Assembly (NCBI GenBank): GCA_037917675.1
Contig: JAVCBW010000051.1
Span: forward strand, 30,142-94,141
Direction: 5' to 3'
Source of the DNA: Thermoproteota archaeon
Lineage (GTDB): Archaea; Korarchaeota; Korarchaeia; B14-G2
DNA length: 64,000 nucleotides
Part shown: positions 56,863-64,000 of the stretch, piece after piece
Layout: each line of letters begins with the position of its first letter
How positions within the stretch are numbered: position 1 is the stretch's first letter
Position numbers and translations under genes: made by a program
Notes under the pieces: model-generated
Seen by the model: the letters and a program-made list of their open reading frames with translations, nothing else
Databases searched by the model: none
Told to the model about the DNA's origin: nothing

Positions 56863-58090
56863 CCCCCCTAAGGATCTCTGTGATGGCATCAGCTAGGGCA
56901 TCGACCTCCTCCATGGTGTTATACAGGTAGAAGCTCGCTCTGACAGTTCCCTTCAGCCCAAGCTGCTCGTGAAGAGGCTGAGCACAATGGTAGCCGCTTC
57001 TAACAGCTATCCCATACTCGTCTAGGAGCAGAGCTACTTCATGTGAGCTTAGCCCATGCAGGTTAAAGGATATTATCCCAGTTCTAGCCTCAAGTCTCCT
57101 AGGCCCATAGACCTCGACACCCTCAATCTCACCTAGCCTCCTCATCCCATGCTCCAGTAGCCTCCTCTCATGTCTCTCTACATCGCTAACCCCAATCTCC
57201 CTCAGGTACCTTACAGCCTCAGCCAGCCCAATTGCACCAGCCAAGTTCGGTGTGCCAGACTCAAGCCTCCAAGGCATCTCCACCCACTTCACCTTCAGCT
57301 CACCAGAGCTATAGCTCACACTCCTGATAGTTCCTCCACCAGCCTCATGTGGAGCAAGCTCCTCTGCAACATCAGCCTTGGCATAAAGGACCCCTATACC
57401 AGTTGGCCCAAGCATCTTATGTCCACTGAAAGCTAGGAAGTCGCATTCAAGCTCCCTAACATCAACTGGGATGTGAGGTACAGACTGAGCTCCATCAACT
57501 ACGATGATGGCATCATGCTCATGTGCCAGCCTAGCTATCCTCCTGACATCGTTCACGACACCGAGCACATTAGAGACATGGACTACTGCAATTAGCTTAG
57601 TTCTCTCACTAAGCAGCTTCTCAAACCCACTATAGTCTAGCATACCTTCCTCAGTCACCTTGACGAACTTCAGCTCAGATCCAGTGAGCCTAGAGACCTG
57701 AAGCCATGGCAGGAGGTTGCTGTGATGCTCCATGAGAGTCACCACAACCTCATCTCCCTCCCTGAGGTTCTGAAGCCCCCAAGTGTAGGCTATGAGCCCA
57801 AGAGACTCTGTCGTGTTCCTTGTGAACACAATCTCCCTGTAGTCTCTAGCTCCAATGAACTTCGCTACCTCTTCATGAGCATCCTCATAGAGCTCTGTAG
57901 CCTCATTCGCAAGCGTGTGAGCACCTCTATGCACGTTAGCATTATGCAGCCTATAGAACTCTAGTATAGCATCTAAGACCTGCCTAGGCTTCTGGCTTGT
58001 AGCTGCATTATCTAAGTAGATTAAAGGCCTACCATGAATCTCTCTTGCTAAAGTCGGGAAGTCTCTCCTAGCCTCATATGGATCTAGCAT
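56855..58090 (-). CDS. sufS: Cysteine desulfurase, SufS (type II)
   Basis: YLDNAATSQKP, ANVHRG, MEHHSN, DGAQS, FSGHKMLGPTG, RSGYHCAQP, RASFYLYN. Confidence 0.95.
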   Translation of the reverse strand: MLDPYEARRDFPTLAREIHGRPLIYLDNAATSQKPRQVLDAILEFYRLHNANVHRGAHTLANEATELYEDAHEEVAKFIGARDYREIVFTRNTTESLGLIAYTWGLQNLREGDEVVVTLMEHHSNLLPWLQVSRLTGSELKFVKVTEEGMLDYSGFEKLLSERTKLIAVVHVSNVLGVVNDVRRIARLAHEHDAIIVVDGAQSVPHIPVDVRELECDFLAFSGHKMLGPTGIGVLYAKADVAEELAPHEAGGGTIRSVSYSSGELKVKWVEMPWRLESGTPNLAGAIGLAEAVRYLREIGVSDVERHERRLLEHGMRRLGEIEGVEVYGPRRLEARTGIISFNLHGLSSHEVALLLDEYGIAVRSGYHCAQPLHEQLGLKGTVRASFYLYNTMEEVDALADAITEILRGAR

Positions 58091-58096
58091 ATAGCC

Positions 58097-59272
58097 TCAC
58101 CTAGGCTTCCAGGCGCTCATCTCCCTAAGCTTCTTGATGACCTCTGGAAGCACCTCAAGCACATAATCTATCTCCTCCATGGTATTGAACCTGCTGACCG
58201 AGAAGGATATTGAGCCATGCATCTCAGCATGGCTTCTTCCAATAGCCTTAAGCACGTGGCTTGGCTCTAGAAGCCTGGAGGCGCAAGCTGAACCAGATGA
58301 AACATATATCCCATGCTGGCTGAGCAGCATCATGATAGCCTCCCCCTCAGCATAAAGGAATGAGATATTGAGGTTAGATGGGCTCCTAAGCTCCCTAGGC
58401 CCATTAAGCAGGGTGTGCTCGATCTCATTTAGGATCCCATCCATCAGCTTGTCTCTAAGAGCTCTCATGTGCTCAGTGAACCTGCTCATCCCCCTGACTC
58501 CTATCTCAGCTGCCTTGGCGAAGCCTACTATAGCAGGCACGTTCTCCAAGCCAGGCCTGAGCTTAGACGTAGACACAGGCCCATACATTATAGGCTCTAT
58601 AGGAGTCTCCTCCTTAACGAAGAGTGCTCCAGCTCCTCTAGGTCCATGTATCTTATGAGAGCTGAATGTAGCTAGGTCGACACCAAGCTTCCTCACATCA
58701 ACATCAATCTTGGTGAAGGCCTCTACAGCATCAGTGTGGACGACAGCATCAGGAGACCTCTCCCTGACCACCTCAACAAGCTCTCTGATAGGCTCGATAA
58801 CCCCTATCTCCTCGTTAACGAGGTTTACACTCACTAGGATGGTTTCTCTCCTAAGAAGCTTCTCAAGCTCATCAAGCTTAACAAAGCCTTCTCCATCAAC
58901 GGGGACATAGTCTACTTCGAAACCGAGTGAGGAGAGCTTTTCAGCAGAGAAAAGCACAGACTGGTGCTCTATGCTTGAAACAACAACATGCCTACCTCTG
59001 CTCCTAGAGGCTAGAGCAGCCCCTATAACTGCCAGGTTGTTGGCTTCAGTCCCACCGGAAGTGAAGACAATCTCCTCTCCTCTAGCTCCAATGAGGGAGG
59101 CGATCTTAGCCTTACTCTCCTCAACAGCCTCCAGGGCAGCTGCACCAGGCCTATGTAGGGCAGCAGGGTGCCCATATGCCTTCTCCCTTAAGTAGGGGAG
59201 CATCTCCTCCAAGACTAGAGGGTCTATTCTAGCTGCATTGTTGTTGTCAAGATATACTTCCAAGAGCCTCAC
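58097..59272 (-). CDS. iscS: Cysteine desulfurase, IscS/NifS (type I)
   Basis: YLDN, FTSGGTEANN, IEH.SV, N.EIG, HTDAV, SSHKIHGP.G.GAL, SSGSAC, PSHVL. Confidence 0.93.
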   Translation of the reverse strand: MRLLEVYLDNNNAARIDPLVLEEMLPYLREKAYGHPAALHRPGAAALEAVEESKAKIASLIGARGEEIVFTSGGTEANNLAVIGAALASRSRGRHVVVSSIEHQSVLFSAEKLSSLGFEVDYVPVDGEGFVKLDELEKLLRRETILVSVNLVNEEIGVIEPIRELVEVVRERSPDAVVHTDAVEAFTKIDVDVRKLGVDLATFSSHKIHGPRGAGALFVKEETPIEPIMYGPVSTSKLRPGLENVPAIVGFAKAAEIGVRGMSRFTEHMRALRDKLMDGILNEIEHTLLNGPRELRSPSNLNISFLYAEGEAIMMLLSQHGIYVSSGSACASRLLEPSHVLKAIGRSHAEMHGSISFSVSRFNTMEEIDYVLEVLPEVIKKLREMSAWKPR

Positions 59273-59507
59273 TATAACCCCGTTATACCACCAGGATAAA
59301 AGTGCTTGGTTCAAATCCAAACCTGAGCCAATAGCATGTGATCTCTTCAAGCATTGATAGATGGCTGCAAGCCAAGAGAGCTTGCCTGCTGCAGTAGGCT
59401 ATAGGAGCCCTAGCTAGATGCAGAGAGCATGCTTAATCTGCCTAGGCCTGTGGGTGGGCATGCAAGCTAGCTGCAGCCTTCTATGTGAGCTGCCATCTGG
59501 AGCTTAG

Positions 59508-60863
59508 CTAGCCTGTGGTTGCTGCCGTAAGCCCTGACACTAGCATGCTGGGAGCCTTCCCTATGCTGCTAAGCTTCAGGTCTGAGCCTACCCTCACAGT
59601 CTTAAGTAGCTCGTAGAAGTTTCCTGCTATTGTAGTCGGTGGGAGCGGGTGCTCTATGCTTCCATCCCTGACTAGGAAGGCGTTTGTAGCTACGACGCTG
59701 AAGTCTCCTGTTATGTAGTTTGCATGCCCTAGCCCCATCAGCTCTCCTCTCACATATACTCCGAGCCCGACTTCAGATAGCAGGTCATCTAGGCTCTTGG
59801 AGCTAGGCTTCACCATGTAGTTCACCTGCCTTATTGAGGGCTGTCTCATGAACCCCTCTCTCATGCCATTTCCAGTACTCTCCTTGCCTTCTATGTGAGC
59901 TGCATAGCTATCATAAAGGTAGTTTCTCAGCACTCCATCCTCTATGATAGGCTTCACAGTGGTAGGCACACCCTCCCCATCACAGGCTACTGTCCCTAAG
60001 CCATCTTTCATCCAGGAGTCGTCTACTATGGTGAGCTCCCTTGAGGCAACCTGCCTCCCTAGCTTCCCCTCTAGCCTGCTTCTCCTCTCCTGAACAGACC
60101 TAGCTGAGACACCATATGTCAGCATGTCTAGCATCATGCTTGCTGTATCACTGTCAAATAGCACTTGCCCTACCATCGGCTGGTCAAGCTTCCTGGCGCC
60201 CAGTGAGCTGGCTGCAAGCCTAGCAGCCTTCTCACCTAGCCCAGCTAGCTCACCTAGCTCTCTGCTGAACACGTGCTCTGACCCTGTCCTCTCCTCGCTT
60301 CCATCAGAAACCTTAACGCTCACATCTCCCATGAACCTGCTTGCTTTATCACCACAGCTGACTCCCCTGGTGTTTGCTACCCCAAACATGTATGCTTGTG
60401 CATAGATAAGCACCATAACATAGCTGACTCTCCTGTCTGTGGAGAGTGCTTCACTTGAAGCCTTTCTCACCTGAGGGATGACGTCTGCAGCTCCTGCCTC
60501 AATCATCTCCTCATCGAACACTCCGCTCCTAGAAGGCCTCCTCACAGGATCTGGGAGGCTGTGGAACCTGGGGTCTTCCGGCCTCACTCTGGCCATCTCG
60601 ACAGCTCTCTCAGCTGAGCTTCTCAGATCAGCTTCCTCAAGGCTACTGGAGGAGGAGAAGCCCACCTTCCTTCCGACGACAGCTCTGATGCCAGCTCCAG
60701 CGCTCACCCCCTCTCTAGCTGAGAGGATTTCTCCCTGAAGGGTTACATAGACGTCCCTAGCCCAAGCAACGTAGGCTTCTGCCTCATCTGCCCCAGCTGC
60801 CCTAGCCCAGCTTGCCACCCTCTCAGCTAAGCTTATCAGGTCACTCACCTCTATCTTAGCCAA
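59508..60863 (-). CDS. pmbA: PmbA/TldE family protein
   Basis: AEAY, GIR, LTIVDD, DGEG.P, I.DGVL..YLYD, STGN, TGDFS, IAGN; no HExxxH. Confidence 0.88.
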   Translation of the reverse strand: MAKIEVSDLISLAERVASWARAAGADEAEAYVAWARDVYVTLQGEILSAREGVSAGAGIRAVVGRKVGFSSSSSLEEADLRSSAERAVEMARVRPEDPRFHSLPDPVRRPSRSGVFDEEMIEAGAADVIPQVRKASSEALSTDRRVSYVMVLIYAQAYMFGVANTRGVSCGDKASRFMGDVSVKVSDGSEERTGSEHVFSRELGELAGLGEKAARLAASSLGARKLDQPMVGQVLFDSDTASMMLDMLTYGVSARSVQERRSRLEGKLGRQVASRELTIVDDSWMKDGLGTVACDGEGVPTTVKPIIEDGVLRNYLYDSYAAHIEGKESTGNGMREGFMRQPSIRQVNYMVKPSSKSLDDLLSEVGLGVYVRGELMGLGHANYITGDFSVVATNAFLVRDGSIEHPLPPTTIAGNFYELLKTVRVGSDLKLSSIGKAPSMLVSGLTAATTG

Positions 60864-62274
60864 CCCTCTCACCACCAAACGTTGCCTCCTTAACAAGGAT
60901 GTGAGGGCCACCGAGCCCGACATAAAGTGGAGCCTGCCCCATCTTCCCACATCCACCAAAGAAGCTCGAGTAAACCCTAAGCTCCCTGGTTTTCGCCTCT
61001 ATGTTCCTCAGGAAATCTAGTATGTGCCCTACTATCGCTACGTCCCTGAACGCAGCCTTCACCTCACCATTCTCCACGAGGTAGCCTCTAGTCGCCTTGA
61101 ACATGAAGGAGCCATCGAGGTTGGCTTGCCCCCCTGCTGTCCCACATGCATACACCCCACTCCTAAGCTGCTCTAAAGCTTCCTCCAGCGTCAGGTCTCC
61201 TGGTGTAAAGTAGGTGTTTCTCATCCTACATATAGGCTCGAACGTGTAGTCTACTGCTCTAGCGTTCCCTGTAGGCTCCACTCCAGCTAAGCTCGCTGTC
61301 CACCTAGTATGCAGATAGCTCTTCAGCACCCCCTCCTCCAAGATGACTACCCTTCTAGCCTCGACGCCCTCATCATCACATGGGACTCTGAAGCCAGGAT
61401 AGCTCTCAGCCTCCACCACACCCTCATCTACTATAGTAGCCTCACTGCTACCAAGCTTCTGCCCCACCTTGCCTACCAGCGGGCTTCCTCCAGCTGCTAC
61501 GAAGTCGTACTCTGACATGTGTCCAAATGACTCGTGTGCCAGCACACCTGCTAGCCTGTCGTCTACCAGAGCTCTCTGCTTACCAGCTGGCGGCTTCACC
61601 CCTCTAAGCTTCTCTAAGGCCCACTCTGCTGCATTGGCTCCCATCACCTCTGGTGAGTGCTCTCCACTAAAGGCATCAAACCCAACCGTCCCACCGAACC
61701 CGTCTCCTGCATCAGCTATCTCCCCCCTCTCCCTGCAAACTGCAGTTAACCAGATGCTCGTAACTAGAAGCTCTACTCTAGCCTCACTCTCGCTAGTCAC
61801 CAGGTACCTCCAGCCATAAGCCTCCCCATAGCTAGAGATCGTCGTCGCTAGGAGCCTGCCAGCTACTTCTCTCGCCTCCCTTTCACCAGCATGCATAGCC
61901 TCCTTCTTCTCATCTATACCGACTTTGCTAGGGTGCTCTCTGACCTCAACTCTGAAGGCTCCTCTAGCAAGCTTACACTCTGCAGGGTAAAGCTTCAGCT
62001 TAACATGCTCAGAAGAAGCCTCAGCTGCTCTGACAGCTCTCATAGCTGCCTCTCTCACAGAGCTTCTGGTGAGCATGCTTGTATACGCGTATCCTGTAGC
62101 CCCTCTGAGAAACACCCTGATGCCTACCCCTACTCTCCTACTATGGTTAACTTGCTTCACCTCCATCTTCTCAGAGTGCATTGAGAACTCTATGGTATCT
62201 TCACCTCTAGCCTCAACGAACTCTGCTCCAGCTTTCTCCCCGACTTCAACTGCCAGCCTAAGGAGATCCTCCAT
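60856..62274 (-). CDS. tldD: TldD family metalloprotease
   Basis: GIRV...G..GYA, GVLAHESFGH..E.D, DDEGV, TGNARA, P..RM.NT, GCGK.GQ...V..GGPH. Confidence 0.93.
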   Translation of the reverse strand: MEDLLRLAVEVGEKAGAEFVEARGEDTIEFSMHSEKMEVKQVNHSRRVGVGIRVFLRGATGYAYTSMLTRSSVREAAMRAVRAAEASSEHVKLKLYPAECKLARGAFRVEVREHPSKVGIDEKKEAMHAGEREAREVAGRLLATTISSYGEAYGWRYLVTSESEARVELLVTSIWLTAVCRERGEIADAGDGFGGTVGFDAFSGEHSPEVMGANAAEWALEKLRGVKPPAGKQRALVDDRLAGVLAHESFGHMSEYDFVAAGGSPLVGKVGQKLGSSEATIVDEGVVEAESYPGFRVPCDDEGVEARRVVILEEGVLKSYLHTRWTASLAGVEPTGNARAVDYTFEPICRMRNTYFTPGDLTLEEALEQLRSGVYACGTAGGQANLDGSFMFKATRGYLVENGEVKAAFRDVAIVGHILDFLRNIEAKTRELRVYSSFFGGCGKMGQAPLYVGLGGPHILVKEATFGGERVG

Positions 62275-62559
62275 CTAGGCTACACCTACAGCTCTGCCAG
62301 CCACCTACTTTAAAAGTGGCTCACTTGACTCCTTGAGGCTGTAGAGGCTGAGTCAAGTAGCATTGATAGGATTCAAGTAAAGGAGTCTAAGATGCCAGAG
62401 CACGCCTGTCGACTTAGAGACTGTAGGTGATTCAGAGATATTCTTTATACAGTTTACTGTGGCTCCCTCTGAGGCTAGCTCTCATAGACTGCTTTTTCTC
62501 ACAGAGGATTTGCTGCCCCTTTACAGGGCTGCCGTCTTTATAGGATTTGCATCCTGGGA

Positions 62560-62940
62560 GGCAGCTTGGATGCTGTAGTCTCCAATGGAAGCCTAGAGGA
62601 GGCTCTCTGGATGGCAGGCCAATTCTCCACCAGAGAAAAGGCAGCTCAGTGAGTAAAACCGTTATCTCATGTATGTTAGAGGTCAGCAGCTTGGCAGAAA
62701 GCCTGTTAGCCTATATGCCTCCATTAGCTATCATGGCAACGCTCACGGTAGCTCCGCTAGCAGCTTCATCACTGCTGTTTCTCAAGGAGGATGCCTAGGC
62801 TAGTAGGAGGCTGACCACAGCTGCCTCAGGCCTCTACATCAGTAGAAGCTAGCACACCTGTGCTACACTCGTATTCTTCAGCGGTCTCTTCGCCATGGCA
62901 TCTATCTCCAGGTCACTGGGTTTTTTCAGCTAGCTAGAGC
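62560..62940 (+). pseudogene. Possible decayed membrane-transporter remnant
   Basis: Hydrophobic fragments (LAIMATLTVAPLAASSLLFLKE; LVFFSGLFAMASI) broken by stops. Confidence 0.25.
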
Positions 62941-62998
62941 ATGCTAGGTGTGCTGCTGCCCTGTGGAAAGCTTTTTAAGCACCTGGCAAGCAGGGCTG

Positions 62999-64000
62999 GT
63001 GGGTTTCAGTGGAACGAGTGGAGTCTTGGTTTTAGAGGATGGCTCAGTTTACTGGGGCAGAGGCTTCGGGGCTGAGGGTAGGGTCGTAGGCGAGGTCGTC
63101 TTCAACACTGGGATGGTAGGATACTGTGAGGCGTTAACTGACCCATCGTATTATGGGCAGATCCTAGTCTTGACATATCCGCTAGTTGGGAACTATGGGG
63201 TTCCAGAGTACACTGAGGACGAGTGGGGGCTTGCTAGGTGGTTTGAGAGCTGGGGGGTGAAGGCACGGGGCTTGGTTGTCCACGAGGCATGCTCGAGGCC
63301 TTCACACTGGTCTTCAGCTCACACGCTAGATGAGTGGCTTAGGAGTGAGGGTGTGCCAGGGCTAGAGCATGTTGACACTAGAGCCTTGACGAGGAAGCTC
63401 AGAGAGAAGGGGACCATGCTAGGTGTGCTTGAAGTCAGCTCCTCAGGCCACGACCTAAGTGAGCTCACGGGCATCTTAGCTAGGGCTGAGATGCCTGATA
63501 GCAGGAACCTGGTTGAGCATGTGACTGTAAGTGAGCCTGTTGTGCATGGCAGTGGACCTAGGGTAGTGCTCGTAGACTGTGGGGTGAAGCATAGCATAGT
63601 GAGGTGCCTGCTGAAAAGAGGCCTTCAGGTTGTAAGGGTACCATACAGCTACTCTTCCAGCGAGATCTCTGAGCTCAAGCCTAAGGGAGTTGTCTTCAGC
63701 AATGGCCCAGGTGACCCAGGCAAGCTCATGGATACCGCCACCGCGCTCAGGGAGCTGTCTGAGGAGGGCCTCCCTGTGCTTGGGATATGCCTAGGGAGCC
63801 AGCTGCTGGCCTTAGCTTATGGCGGATCCACCTACAAGCTGAAGTACGGGCATAGGTCTCAGAACCAGCCTTGCGTGGACTTGAGGACAGGACGCTGCTA
63901 TGTCACTAGCCAGAACCACGGGTATGCTGTAGACTCGAGGTCGCTGCCACCCAAGCTTGAGGTGTGGTTCAGGAATGCCAACGACGAGACTGTGGAGGGG
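62999..64000 (+). CDS. carA: Carbamoyl-phosphate synthase small subunit, partial (runs off the window)
   Basis: Manual translation from GTG 62999: LVLEDGS..G.GFG...GEVVFNTGMVGY.E.LTDPSY.GQI...TYP..GNYG, DTRALT, SNGPGDP, LGICLG.Q, GHR..NQP, TSQNHGYAV. Confidence 0.95.
   Translation, partial: MGFSGTSGVLVLEDGSVYWGRGFGAEGRVVGEVVFNTGMVGYCEALTDPSYYGQILVLTYPLVGNYGVPEYTEDEWGLARWFESWGVKARGLVVHEACSRPSHWSSAHTLDEWLRSEGVPGLEHVDTRALTRKLREKGTMLGVLEVSSSGHDLSELTGILARAEMPDSRNLVEHVTVSEPVVHGSGPRVVLVDCGVKHSIVRCLLKRGLQVVRVPYSYSSSEISELKPKGVVFSNGPGDPGKLMDTATALRELSEEGLPVLGICLGSQLLALAYGGSTYKLKYGHRSQNQPCVDLRTGRCYVTSQNHGYAVDSRSLPPKLEVWFRNANDETVEG

Noticed and set aside
59355-59505. Structured ncRNA between pmbA and iscS
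   Set aside because: The short inverted repeats are mutually exclusive and explicable by the GCTGC/GCATGC/CTAG-rich background.
63009-63035. Out-of-frame mini-ORF at the carA start as another frameshift leader
   Set aside because: carA has an in-frame GTG at 62999 at the expected distance from its TATA; the offset would be -1 and the shared element is absent.
1-64000. Many long antisense or overlapping ORFs in the track (Ser/Leu/Ala-rich, e.g. 1227-1793, 25724-26416, 47483-48064)
   Set aside because: Shadow frames of well-supported genes; no recognisable motifs.
1-64000. CRISPR arrays, tRNA/rRNA genes, IS elements, integrases
   Set aside because: No regularly spaced repeats, cloverleaf or rRNA signatures, or transposase motifs seen by eye. 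Small RNAs could have been missed.
1-64000. Pyrrolysine or other TAG read-through, suggested by frequent TAG stops
   Set aside because: TAG codons fall at the normal C-termini of conserved proteins, and no pyl genes are in the window.

Overview
Gene-dense 64 kb window from a (hyper)thermophilic archaeon. Reverse gyrase, AOR, PolB3-like polymerase, archaeal AroA'/AroB' pathway, GHMP shikimate kinase, TATA-box promoters and many TTG/GTG starts point to a Thermoproteota/TACK lineage that uses F420 (taxonomy is inference). It holds mostly metabolic genes: an 11-gene aspartate-to-tyrosine operon, trpS, trpB2, a tungsten AOR cluster, Fe-S/sulfur relay genes, TldD/PmbA and carA, plus two or three decayed regions. 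I saw no rRNA, tRNA, CRISPR array or transposase. Main discovery candidate: three aromatic-amino-acid loci (lysC heading the aro/tyr operon, the ParB/SerK-like gene heading trpB2, and trpS) have no ATG/GTG/TTG in frame before their apparent N-terminal motifs. Each is overlapped by a short leader ORF carrying the cognate codon (Tyr/Phe or Trp), and the gene lies in the leader's +1 frame. The lysC and trpB2 leaders also share a ~45-nt element with a covarying hairpin and A-GTT-T[AC/GG]. This suggests amino-acid-starvation-triggered +1 ribosomal frameshifting, a control I do not know to be described in archaea. All family assignments come from motif recognition by eye; no searches were run.
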